This document shows, piece by piece, positions 1-10,158 of a stretch of 64,000 nucleotides of DNA. The first letter of the stretch is position 1, and every line of letters starts with the position of its first letter. This DNA comes from Podarcis muralis. Its lineage: Eukaryota. The notes beneath the pieces are model-generated. The model was not told the DNA's origin. It was given only the letters and a program-made list of their open reading frames with translations, and did not search any database. Both the position numbers and the translations under genes were made by a program. Location: contig NC_135658.1 in assembly GCF_964188315.1 (NCBI RefSeq), positions 79,980,001 through 80,044,000 of the forward strand, written 5' to 3'.

Positions 1-330
1 GGTTGTCACAAGTGTGTGGCTGAAAATTGTCTCCCTGATGCATGTGCTCATTGTTATGCCATAATCCTCATATGTGTTTATAATTTGGTACTTGGCCACC
101 AGATGGGCTCTTTTCCTGCCTTGAGAGCTTCTGCGGTTGGTGGATGGGGGTGGAGAGTCTCTAAACTACCACTGGCATGTGAACTGAATACTTCCTGGTT
201 GCTGCTGTGTAGCAACTGGCGAAGGTGATGGCACGGTGGTCAGTTTTGAAGTGCAGGACGGAGCTCCTAATGAGAGCAACCATAGTCATGCCACCAAGGA
301 GAGCTGTGCTGATCCGTCATTATACAAGAA

Positions 331-380
331 GGAGCTGTAGCTCAGTAGTAGAGCATATGCTTTGTATGCAGAAGTTCCAG
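331..380 (+). mobile_element. Degenerate tRNA(Ala)-like SINE head (Squam3-like), 3'-truncated
   Basis: ggagctgtagctcagtagtagagcatatgctttgtatgcagaagttccag has an A-box and matches the head of the fuller copy at 43708-43899; no B-box or acceptor stem. Confidence 0.5.
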
Positions 381-839
381 ATCATAAGAAAACATAAGAA
401 ATCAAAACGAAAAGAATGAACCTACCACTAGCTGACACAGGACAGCTTCCTTTGTTCCTGTGCATACCCACCAAGACCAGCTGGGCCACCTCAAAATCTT
501 TCACTGCCTCAGGCAATATACAAGATGCTCTTCCCAATTACACATACAGAAGTTGACCAGACTGGTTGCTCAGTCTTTCTTCAACACAGGCAATGGCACA
601 GTGTCCTCCGTGGTGGAATTCTGCTGAGAACAGAAACTCTTCTCTTCAGCTGAGCAGAAGGAGTAGCTAGACACTGATGGTGGGGGATGAGGAATGAGGT
701 CCAGACATTAAAAGCATGTTTGAGGGGGCAGTCAGCATTCCCTCCCTCCCTTGCACGGAAGAGCTCTGCACGTGTACATCAGCATATGTGAAGGGGCCCT
801 TCTCACAGTTACCAAACACATGGGAATGGGGCATACCAG

Positions 840-1414
840 TGTATGGTCTTCATTGGCAGAGGTAGCTTGAATGGCTTGCAGCCCCTTCACATATGCTTTT
901 AATGCACAAGGTGTCAATCTGAACCTTCCATAGCAACATGGCATGTAGATACAGGTATAGGTAATCCAGAGTGGAGTCCCTAAGGTGGTTGGATGGCGTA
1001 TTGTATTCCTCCTTCCAGCAATCCTGCAGCCCAGCTGGTGCCAAATGTATTGATTCCCTTTCCTTTGGACCACATCAGTGAGGCCGAGAGGTGGGTCTTG
1101 TCATCTAGGCAGTTGAGGACCTCCATACACACTGCCCAGGCTTGTGCTATGGAGAAGTCACTTTAACAAATAACAACAGACAAATAAACCACACAAACAA
1201 GCTTAATTATTTGAAAATCCAATCTTATGAGCATATTACTTGACTTCCTCTAATCCCTCCCTTTATCTCTTTCTTTTCTTTTCTCTTTTTCTTTTGTAAT
1301 TTTTGTTTTGGTTTGTTTTTTGGTTGTGCAACGTTTGTTGCAGTATGTGTTATAACTGTATAAAACTTAATAAAAATCATTAAGAAGTCACTTTGGTGCT
1401 GCAAACACAGCAGT
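840..1414 (+). mobile_element. Old interspersed repeat (RTE-associated, tentative) split by the insertion at 1165-1382
   Basis: Sequence reads continuously across the insertion (gcttgtgctatggagaagtcacttt/ggtgctgcaaacacagcagt). It resembles a recalled squamate repeat; family not verified. Confidence 0.4.
1165..1382 (+). mobile_element. Heavily 5'-truncated L1-type 3' end
   Basis: 12-bp direct repeat agaagtcacttt at 1153-1164 and 1383-1394; T-rich body ending ttaataaaaatcattaa, like the 3' UTR of the L1 at 4400-7493. Confidence 0.7.
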
Positions 1415-1450
1415 TACCAACCAATGCAGGGCTGAAAAAAGCCCTTTAGC

Positions 1451-1506
1451 TGCTGGGTAGCTCAGTTGGTAGAACGTGAGACTGTTAATCTCAGGTTCAT
1501 GGGTTC
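1451..1506 (+). mobile_element. Degenerate tRNA-Lys-derived SINE head
   Basis: tagctcagttggtagaacgtgagactgttaatctcaggttcatgggttc resembles tRNA-Lys(CTT) but has a mutated anticodon loop and no 3' stem. Confidence 0.6.
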
Positions 1507-1982
1507 TGAGATGCTGTTCTCTGTTCCTAGGAATCTAGTGTCAGTTCTTCTATCTACCTTGGTGACCAAAGGCCTAACTCATTCACTCATATAGATTCTG
1601 GGGTCCTGTAAATCTTATCAGATCAGCTTGGTCCCCAATGTACTTGGAATCTCAGTATCCCTGATAATTGAGGTGTTTCTCTCTCCCTCCTGCTGCCACT
1701 CAGCTACCACACCCTGTCGGCTCCCCCTGCCTGTTCCTTGGAACTACCAGCAGGCACTATTGCCAGCAGTGGCCATCAGGACAGCCCAAGTGGGGCTATA
1801 TTGCTCTCCAGGGTTCCTGACACTGTGCATTGCTGCCAGTTCCTGAGATGGGGAGAAGGAGGGGCAAGGCAGCAGGGAGCTTAGCATAGTGCTGGTGCAG
1901 TGATGGAGCCAATCCAAAACCCTTGATGCTGTTCCTTCACTGTACTGAGCTCCCTGCTTCCTTGCCCCTCCCCCTCTCAGTA

Positions 1983-2213
1983 CAGTGGTACCTCGGGTTA
2001 CAGATGCTTCAGGTTACAGACACTTCAGGTTACAGACTCCGCTAACCCAGAAATAGTACCTCGGGTTAAGAACTTTGTTTCAGGGTGAGAACAGAAATTG
2101 TGCAGCGGCAGCGGGAGGCCCCATTAGCTAAAGCAGTACCTCAGATTAAGAACAGTTTCAGGTTAAGAACGGACCTCCAGAACGAATTAAGTTCTTAACC
2201 CGAGGTACCACTG
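1983..2213. mobile_element. Tc1/mariner (Tigger/pogo-like) MITE, 231 bp
   Basis: Perfect 18-bp TIRs cagtggtacctcgggtta...taacccgaggtaccactg; TA at 1981-1982 and 2214-2215. Confidence 0.9.
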
Positions 2214-2790
2214 TAAGTGGCAGTAACGTCTAGCACTGGGAGGTTGGTACAGTGACACAGCCCTACCTGCATGGCCCACGCAACTGCTCACTGGCTATTG
2301 TAATTCTTGAAAGAGCTTGGCACAAGGAGTGGCACATCTCTATCTCCCTTATAGATAGAGGGAGGTAAGTTTGCATCAACATCATCTACACATTAGCACA
2401 ATTCTGCTAATCATGATGATGGGCTAAAAATCTGAACTGGTTTGCTCCCCACCCAGCCCTCCACGTCTAGGCAGAGTTCCCACCCATCCCCCATGCTTGG
2501 CTCCTGACCTCAGACCGTCTTCCTCCACCCCAGCCCCCAACATGCACATAGTCAAAGCAGAATATCACCATATAATTTTGTAAGAATTTAAGGAGATGAT
2601 TTTGGAAGCTCTGTTGGTTAGTTACACATCCCCTTCTAGGTTGACCTCTGATGCCTTTTTATCCTGATTAGGAACCTGTGAGTTTCCCCAGAAATTTGAC
2701 TTCAGGTAAAACTCAGTGGCATCTCTAGTTAAGAGTACCATTTATAAATGTGTCATTCAGAATGTGGATGTGTTGAAGGCTCCTTCCATC

Positions 2791-2793
<3 letters not shown>

Positions 2794-2829
<36 letters not shown>
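2794..2829. repeat. (AC)18 microsatellite
   Basis: Direct reading. Confidence 0.95.
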
Positions 2830-2831
<2 letters not shown>

Positions 2832-3021
2832 ATATAGATATATATTCAATAGTGAAGAAATGACTGTGTTCTGGCACCAATGATTTTTTAAAAATGTGAA
2901 CTGTAAAATTATGCTACAAAGTTTATTAAACTTTCAGGTGTTCCATTTTGACATGCTCTGATCTTTCCTTAACAATGACAGGATGCTACACAAAAATACT
3001 GCATTTCATCTGGTGTAAGTC

Positions 3022-3506
3022 NNNNNNNNNNNNNNNNNNNNNNNNNNNNNNNNNNNNNNNNNNNNNNNNNNNNNNNNNNNNNNNNNNNNNNNNNNNNNNN
3101 NNNNNNNNNNNNNNNNNNNNNNNNNNNNNNNNNNNNNNNNNNNNNNNNNNNNNNNNNNNNNNNNNNNNNNNNNNNNNNNNNNNNNNNNNNNNNNNNNNNN
3201 NNNNNNNNNNNNNNNNNNNNNNNNNNNNNNNNNNNNNNNNNNNNNNNNNNNNNNNNNNNNNNNNNNNNTTAAATGCATTCTTCTGAATATTTATTANNNN
3301 NNNNNNNNNNNNNNNNNNNNNNNNNNNNNNNNNNNNNNNNNNNNNNNNNNNNNNNNNNNNNNNNNNNNNNNNNNNNNNNNNNNNNNNNNNNNNNNNNNNN
3401 NNNNNNNNNNNNNNNNNNNNNNNNNNNNNNNNNNNNNNNNNNNNNNNNNNNNNNNNNNNNNNNNNNNNNNNNNNNNNNNNNNNNNNNNNNNNNNNNNNNN
3501 NNNNNN
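3022..3506. other. Two assembly gaps (3022-3268, 3297-3506) around a 28-bp island
   Basis: N runs. Confidence 0.99.
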
Positions 3507-4399
3507 GTATCCTATTAAGGAAGAGAGACTAAATAGTGGTATAAGTTAAATCTACATCGTAAGTGGCATTATTAAAACCTTTGTGTACTTGGTTAAAATA
3601 CATTATGTGTATAATTACATAAATTGCTTCAGGTTTGGAAAACAGGTCTGTATAAATGTGAGATAGATAGATATTTTAGCCACATTAAAACGCACACCCA
3701 CACACATCCACACCCCTGTACTTAAAACCAAACTATTGTCCAATGGGAAACATAGTTTTTCAGATTCTGTTGCACTGATCCTAACTGGTGCAGAGGTCAA
3801 ATGAACCGAATAGGTTATGGTGCTCATATATGTAGGCAGCTATATTTAAAAATAACAATACACTATTGCCCAGAAAAAACAATTTTCTTTTTATAGAGAA
3901 ACAACACATTTGGATATCTGTTGAAATGTTAACCATCTGATTACTCTAAACATCCAAACACAGTTTCAATAAGCATCTAATTACACAGCCACAAACATTT
4001 GTGTTAACATAATATTCCTGCGGTGTGAAGGTTTTCATGCACCTCCACAAATATTTCGTCAAATGAAAATAGAGACATTTGTCTTACATTATATAAGAAG
4101 CAATTTCTTATAGTGGGAGGGGTAAAAAATAAATGGTGTGACCATAATGTGATCTGAAGCTGAGCTATTCTTGTGAAATCTTAACTTCAGAATTTCTCAT
4201 AGAAAATGTAGCATGTTTTTAAGTTTTCAAAGAGAAAGCAGCTATTGTATCCCAATAGGGTGGATACTAGTGAAGTGTTGAGTATGCCCATCTTTGATTC
4301 CACCCTGAGGACTGTTGTTATGCTGCTTTAGCCTGAGATTAGGGATGGCAAACCAAGCTACATTCTGATGTCAGCTGTTTCAGATGGTGTGTTATGCTG

Positions 4400-7300
4400 A
4401 GAAAAGAAATTGAGATCAAAACCAAAATCACAAGAAATTTTGAGAGAAATCAAATTTCATCAAATACAATACATGGAGCTGACGAATCACGAAATAGAAT
4501 GGAAAATTAAACAAATGAGACAAAAAACATTTGAATCAGCAGATAAATGTGGCAAACTCCTGGCATGGCAAATAAAGAAAAGACAAAAACTGAACACAGT
4601 TACAAGTTTAGAAATAGAGGGAAGGAGCATTTATAACCCAAATGAAATTAGAAATTGCTTCCAGAATTACTTTAAGCAATTATACGCACAAGGGCCGCAG
4701 AAAGAATCAGATATAGCTTGTTTTCTCGAGAAAAATGGACTACAAAAAATCTCTACTGAAAGTACAGTACTGTTAAATCAAAAGGTGACTGATCAGGAAA
4801 TAGAAGGTGCCATTCAAAATATGAAACTGGGCAAATCTCCAGGACCAGATGGACTGACTTCCAGATACTATAAGGTTTTGAAGGACTGGCTTTTACAACC
4901 TTTGAAGGAAGTCTGCAATGAAATTTTGGAGGGAAAGAGGGCTCCTGAAACGTGGAAAGAGGCGTATATTACACTTATACCAAAGACAGAAACTGAAAAG
5001 ACCCAACTTAAGAACTACCGTCCCATCTCCTTATTAAATGTGGATTACAAAATTTTTGCTGACATTTTGGCAAAGAGATTGAAAAAAGTTTTGATGGAGG
5101 AGATACACAAAGACCAAGCCGGCTTTCTTCCGCGAAGACATTTATCGGATAATGTAAGGAACATAATTGATATTTTGGAAAAGCTAGAGGTAGACATAAA
5201 CACTAAGGCAGTTCTGATATTCGTGGACGCGGAGAAAGCCTTTGACAATATTTCTTGGAGTTTTATGAAAAAAAATCTTCAGGGGATGGGGGTGGGTCAA
5301 GGTTTTGAAAATGGTATAGGTGCAATTTATTCAGAACAAAAAGCGAAGTTGATTGTGAACAATGTGGTAACGGAAGAATTTAAGATAGAAAAAGGAACAC
5401 GTCAGGGGTGCCCAATCTCACCTCTACTTTTTATTTCAGTACTGGAGGTTTTGCTGAACATGATTAGAAGGGACAGGATGGTTAAGGGGGTTCAGGTCGG
5501 AGCAAAACAATACAAATTGAGAGCCTTCGCAGATGACCTGGTATTAACTTTACAAGAGCCAGAATCTAGTACCAAGAGAGTTCTAGAACTGATTCAAGAA
5601 TTCGGCCAAGTGGCAGGATTTAAACTGAATAAGTCAAAGACTAAGGTAATAGACAAGAACTTAACACCCCTTGAGAGGGAGAGGTTTCAGAAAGAGACAG
5701 GTTTAAATGTGGTTAAGAAAGTGAAATATTTGGGTATAAATATGACAGCTAAAAATGTGAACCTGTTTAAAGACAACTACGAGAAAGTGTGGACAGAAGT
5801 GAAAAGAGACTTAGAAATTTGGTCAAATTTGAAACTTTCCTTGTCAGGCCGAATCGCAGTGATAAAGATGAATGTATTGCCTAAAATGTTGTTTTTGTTT
5901 CAAACATTACAAATTGTGGACAAGGTAGAATGTTTTAAGAAGTGGCAGAAAGATATATCCAAATTTGTCTGGCAGGGCAAAAAGCCCAGAATAAAATTTA
6001 AGATATTAACTGATGCAAAAGAAAGGGGGGGATTTGCCCTGCCAGACTTTAAACTTTACTATGAAGCAGCAGCATTCTGCTGGCTGAAAGATTGGTTACT
6101 TCTTGAAAACACAGATATTTTGGATTTGGAAGGTTTTAACAATGCGTTCGGATGGCATGCTTATTTATGGTATGACAAGGTCAAGGTCCATAAGGCATTT
6201 AAAAACCATATTGTCAGAAAAACACTGTTAAATGTCTGGACTAGGTATAAAGATTTATTAGAGAATAAGACACCTAGGTGGCTATCACCTATGGAAGCCA
6301 GAGCTGTGAAAAAACTTAATATGGAAGGAACTTGGCCTAAATACTGTGAAATCTTGGAACAAGAAGGTGACAGATTGAAACTACAGAGTTTTGAAAAGTT
6401 GAAAGATAAAGTGAGAGATTGGCTCCATTACTATCAAATTTTGGAGACATTTAATAAAGATAAGAAAATTGGCTTCCAGGTGGAAAAATCTAAACTAGAA
6501 ACAGAACTGCTAGAATCCAATACAAAAACTTTGTCTAAAATGTATAATCTGCTGTTAAGATGGAATACTGAGGATGAGATGGTTAAATCGGCAATGATTA
6601 AGTGGGCTCAAGATGTGGGTCATAATATTATGAGTGTGGACTGGGATCAGTTGTGGACCACCGGAAGGAAATTTACGGCATGTACAGCCTTAAAGGAAAA
6701 TATTATGAAAATGGTTTATAGGTGGTACCTAACCCCAGTCAAACTTGCAAAAATTTATCATTTGCCCGATAATAAATGTTGGAAATGTAAGGAGACTGAA
6801 GGAACATTTTTTCACCTTTGGTGGACGTGCCCAAAGATTAAGGCTTTCTGGGATATGATATATAACGAATTGAAAAAGGTATTTAAGTATACCTTTCGGA
6901 AGAAACCAGAGGCCTTTCTCTTGGGCATGGTCGGCCAATTGGTGTTAAAGAAGGACAGAACTTTTTTTATGTATGCAACAACAGCAGCAAGAATACTCAT
7001 CGCAAAGTATTGGAAGACACAAGACCTACCCACTCTGGAAGAATGGCAGATGAAGGTAATAGACTATATGTCACTGGCAGAAATGACGGACAGAATTCGA
7101 GACCAGGGGAAAGAGACGGCGAGAGAAGACTGGAAGAAATTTAAAGAATATCTTAAGAAATACTGTAAAATTAATGAATGTTGAATGATATTGATATGGA
7201 ATTTAAGTGGTTGTCAGCTGTAATGATTAAGAAAAGGGAAGGAATTTGGAGATTTAAACAAAGCTAAAGGAGGGGATTTGCTGAAAATACTAATAGAAAA

Positions 7301-7460
7301 TGGAATACAGTAAGGGAAGGTATGAGGAGGTCGGGAAAGTAAGGTTAAGAAAAGAAGGGAAATGAAATTATACTTGTTCTGTTTTTTGTTTGTTTTTTCT
7401 TCTTTTTGAGTGTTTTATTTTTCTTTTGTATGTTTTTATGACTGAAAATCTAATAAAAAT

Positions 7461-7493
<33 letters not shown>
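4400..7493 (+). mobile_element. Young 5'-truncated L1-clade LINE (about 3.1 kb)
   Basis: Perfect 19-bp TSD cagatggtgtgttatgctg at 4381-4399 and 7494-7512; AATAAA at 7452-7457; pure A28 tail at 7466-7493; uninterrupted ORF2. Confidence 0.97.
4401..7184 (+). CDS. L1 ORF2p, N-terminally truncated (RT plus CCHC zinc knuckle; endonuclease missing)
   Basis: Motifs KSPGPDG, NYRPISLLNVDYKI, DAEKAFD, GTRQGCPISPLLF, catalytic FADD (5526-5537), KYLGI; Cx2Cx8Hx4C knuckle CWKCKETEGTFFHLWWTC (6777-6830). No stop or frameshift; no native start codon or promoter. Confidence 0.93.
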   Translation, partial: EKKLRSKPKSQEILREIKFHQIQYMELTNHEIEWKIKQMRQKTFESADKCGKLLAWQIKKRQKLNTVTSLEIEGRSIYNPNEIRNCFQNYFKQLYAQGPQKESDIACFLEKNGLQKISTESTVLLNQKVTDQEIEGAIQNMKLGKSPGPDGLTSRYYKVLKDWLLQPLKEVCNEILEGKRAPETWKEAYITLIPKTETEKTQLKNYRPISLLNVDYKIFADILAKRLKKVLMEEIHKDQAGFLPRRHLSDNVRNIIDILEKLEVDINTKAVLIFVDAEKAFDNISWSFMKKNLQGMGVGQGFENGIGAIYSEQKAKLIVNNVVTEEFKIEKGTRQGCPISPLLFISVLEVLLNMIRRDRMVKGVQVGAKQYKLRAFADDLVLTLQEPESSTKRVLELIQEFGQVAGFKLNKSKTKVIDKNLTPLERERFQKETGLNVVKKVKYLGINMTAKNVNLFKDNYEKVWTEVKRDLEIWSNLKLSLSGRIAVIKMNVLPKMLFLFQTLQIVDKVECFKKWQKDISKFVWQGKKPRIKFKILTDAKERGGFALPDFKLYYEAAAFCWLKDWLLLENTDILDLEGFNNAFGWHAYLWYDKVKVHKAFKNHIVRKTLLNVWTRYKDLLENKTPRWLSPMEARAVKKLNMEGTWPKYCEILEQEGDRLKLQSFEKLKDKVRDWLHYYQILETFNKDKKIGFQVEKSKLETELLESNTKTLSKMYNLLLRWNTEDEMVKSAMIKWAQDVGHNIMSVDWDQLWTTGRKFTACTALKENIMKMVYRWYLTPVKLAKIYHLPDNKCWKCKETEGTFFHLWWTCPKIKAFWDMIYNELKKVFKYTFRKKPEAFLLGMVGQLVLKKDRTFFMYATTAARILIAKYWKTQDLPTLEEWQMKVIDYMSLAEMTDRIRDQGKETAREDWKKFKEYLKKYCKINEC

Positions 7494-7494
<1 letters not shown>

Positions 7495-7685
7495 AGATGG
7501 TGTGTTATGCTGCCCTGGGTGCAGACATCACCAGGGAAAGACTTTGGAGAAGAAGTCCCGGGCTCCACTAAGATGAACAGCCAGCAAGGACCCAAAATGC
7601 AACAGGGCTGGCTGATCACATCTGAATAAACTATATCCATAGGAAGATAAATGCAAATCTAAAACAAATGTTCTCTTTTAAACGT

Positions 7686-9071
7686 TGTATAGATTGTAAA
7701 TGGTTAACTGTGTGAAAGTGGGGGTTGGTCTTTTACTCCTGACTGATGCCAGAGTGATGCACGGAATTGGGGTTCAGTTAGCCATCGGCTAAAAAGCAGT
7801 TTTAGAGGCAACTATTATGGTTAATTGTCAAGTCCAGGTTGTTATTTTTTGATTCGCAGGAACACAGTAGGTCAGGATGTGTTAGGTCCTTTTGTGGGTG
7901 TTCCATTCAAGTGATGGTCCATAGTTATTGAACCATTGAAGCTTTGGAACTCTAGTGAGGTTCTGGCTATTTGTTAGAGGGCTTGCACTGGAGAGGATGC
8001 ACATGAAGGCTCAGGACTGCTTAAGAGTCAGTTGGTCCATATTTGGGAGACTTATTGAGGGACTTAAAAGATACTATGAAGAGGTGAAATCCAAGTTTAG
8101 AGGCTGGAGCTGGAAGCACCTGCTGTCTCCAGGTAAAACAACTGGAGTTTTGAGAGGGACTAGGAGCTGAGGAATTGTTGTGGCAGCAGGCAGCTGATGA
8201 AGAGGGGAAAGCCAATGCCTTCATGCTGAAATCACTGAAGGTAGAAGCTAAGAAGTTATGCAAAGAGAGAGGAAGACTCCAGCAGCAGTCCTTGAGAAGA
8301 GCTGAGGCCAGGTGTCAGTATTTGCAGTTGACATGGAGGAAAGTGAGTCTCTAATCAAAGAGAAGGCTAAGGAACTCAGTAAAAACTATAAGCTTCTGAG
8401 TGCAGTCAATCCCAGCAGAACTTGCCTTCAGTGCTGAATTTAAATTCAGTGCAGAAAGCAAGCCCCGCTTGCAGAAAAAAAACTCGGAATGCTCTGTAAC
8501 ATTCCCAGTAGGTGTGGGGCAGGTAACCAGGACTTCAGGGAAATGGCCTTGTGTGCCAAATGGGGACCTCTGGAGGACCTAATGAGACCTGAAAAACACG
8601 GGTTCCCCACCCATGCTATAAGGTAACTGTGGGGAGGAGAACCTGACCAGAAAGAAGACTTCAGGTGAAGTCCTCTAACTAGGCTGTGATTTAACTGGGG
8701 TGGAGATTAAAAGGGTAATTGCCTAATGGCTTACCGTAGGAGTGGGAACCCAAGCAAGACCATAGGCACAACTTTAAAGCAAAGTAACATCATTCAGGTA
8801 GATGTAGCAGGTCAAATTTCGAATGGACCTGCTGAAATCAGTAGACTTGAGTCACTTACGTTGATTGATTTCAGTGAGTTCACTCTGGATATCACGCAGC
8901 ACCTTTAGGAAGTTATCAAGCTAAGTATTGTAGTGTATCCGACCTGCAAATAAACATATTCTTTTATATTATAGTAAGGTTTAATGAATTGTTTTGACTT
9001 TCAAACCCTAGTTTCCCCATCTGTTCATTCTATGGCTATACCCAGCTGCTGTATGTGTTTAAAGGTGTACA
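7686..9071. mobile_element. Possible solo LTR or LTR-like repeat
   Basis: Starts tgta, ends taca; flanks acgt/aagt (3/4); AG-rich body with AATAAA near the right end. Boundaries uncertain. Confidence 0.3.
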
Positions 9072-9159
9072 AAGTTATTATTTATGGTATGTGGAACTAA
9101 ATGGTGGCAGTAGAAAGATAAAAGGAAACGGAATCAGGTTCTTTTGCTCATACGGTACA

Positions 9160-9322
9160 TACTTAGGAATATAGGGAACTACCTTATGGCAAGTCAGACA
9201 ATTGGTCCATCTACCTCAATATTGTTGACCCCAACTCCAGAATTTCAGGTATGGGTCTTTCCTAGCCCTGCCTGAAGACACCAGGGATTTTTCTGGGCAA
9301 AGCTTGTGCTTTGCCACTGGTG
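9160..9322 (-). mobile_element. Squam3-like tRNA-derived SINE, degenerate
   Basis: taggaatatagggaactaccttatggcaagtcagacaattggtccatctacctcaatattg is the reverse complement of the tail of the copy at 43708-43899. Confidence 0.7.
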
Positions 9323-9569
9323 TGTGTGGCAGGGATCTTGCATGCAATAATATAAAGAGAGGATAAGTAAAGCATACATACACACCATGCACCCTACACA
9401 AATGGTCAATGGTGGGATTGCAGCTCAGTCCTTGAAGTGAAGTATTAAGCATTCTCATCTAAGGACATGGATTCCTCTGTCCCCAATAGGACCATTAATT
9501 CCTGAGTCTAAAATTATCTAACTGTATCACATGTATAGTTACTCTGTTCTTCTGCTGAGTACTGAGGTA

Positions 9570-9760
9570 TAGTAGTTGGACTAGAACCAGGAGAAACCCA
9601 GATTCAGATCCTTGCTTGGTCACAAAGTTCACTATAGAGAGCCCCCATCTCACAGGGTTGCTGCAAGGACCAGATGGGTGCGGGGCTGCCTTGCACTGCT
9701 TGGAAAGCTGGCTTATATATGTAGTAAATCAATAAAATAGTAATTTTTTCTGCCATTCCA
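9570..9760 (+). mobile_element. Old MIR/CORE-like SINE remnant
   Basis: B-box-like cccagattcagatcc, core-like ctcacagggttgctgcaagg, A-rich tail; highly diverged. Confidence 0.4.
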
Positions 9761-9809
9761 TGCTGCTTTGCCTGTCCCTCACCTCTCCACACTGCTGTGT
9801 TGTTCCCAG

Positions 9810-10158
9810 TAAAAGGTAAAGGTAAAGGGACCCCTGAACATTAGGTCCAGTTGTGACCGACTCTGGGGTTGCGGTGCTCATCTCGCTTTATTGGCTGAGG
9901 GAACCAGCGTACAGCTTCTGGGTCATGTGGCCAGCATGATTAAGCCGCTTCTGGTGAACCAGAGCAGCACACGGAAACGCTGTTTACCTTCCCACCGGAG
10001 CGGTACCTATTTATCTACTTGCACTTTCGAACTGCTAGGTTGGCAGGAGCAGGGACCAAGCAATGGGAGCTCACCCAGTCGTGGGGGTTCGAACCGCCGA
10101 CCTTTTGATCAGCAAGTTCTAGGCTCTGTGGTTTAACCCACAGTGCCACCCACGTCCC
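9810..10158 (-). mobile_element. Sauria SINE (Squam1), full length
   Basis: (ACCTTT)n tail and tRNA-like head with B-box ggttcgaa; 12-bp TSD tgttgttcccag at 9798-9809 and 10159-10170. Confidence 0.95.

Noticed and set aside
3269-3296. 28-bp island between gaps and the X-filled ORFs spanning gaps
   Set aside because: Scaffolding artefact; these ORFs stay open only because N codons are not stops.
4401-7184. Domesticated RT gene, retron or group II intron
   Set aside because: Poly(A), TSD, 5' truncation and the CCHC knuckle identify an ordinary L1 insertion; there is no native start.
7513-9071. L1 3' transduction
   Set aside because: The second TSD copy directly follows the poly(A), so downstream DNA is pre-existing flank.
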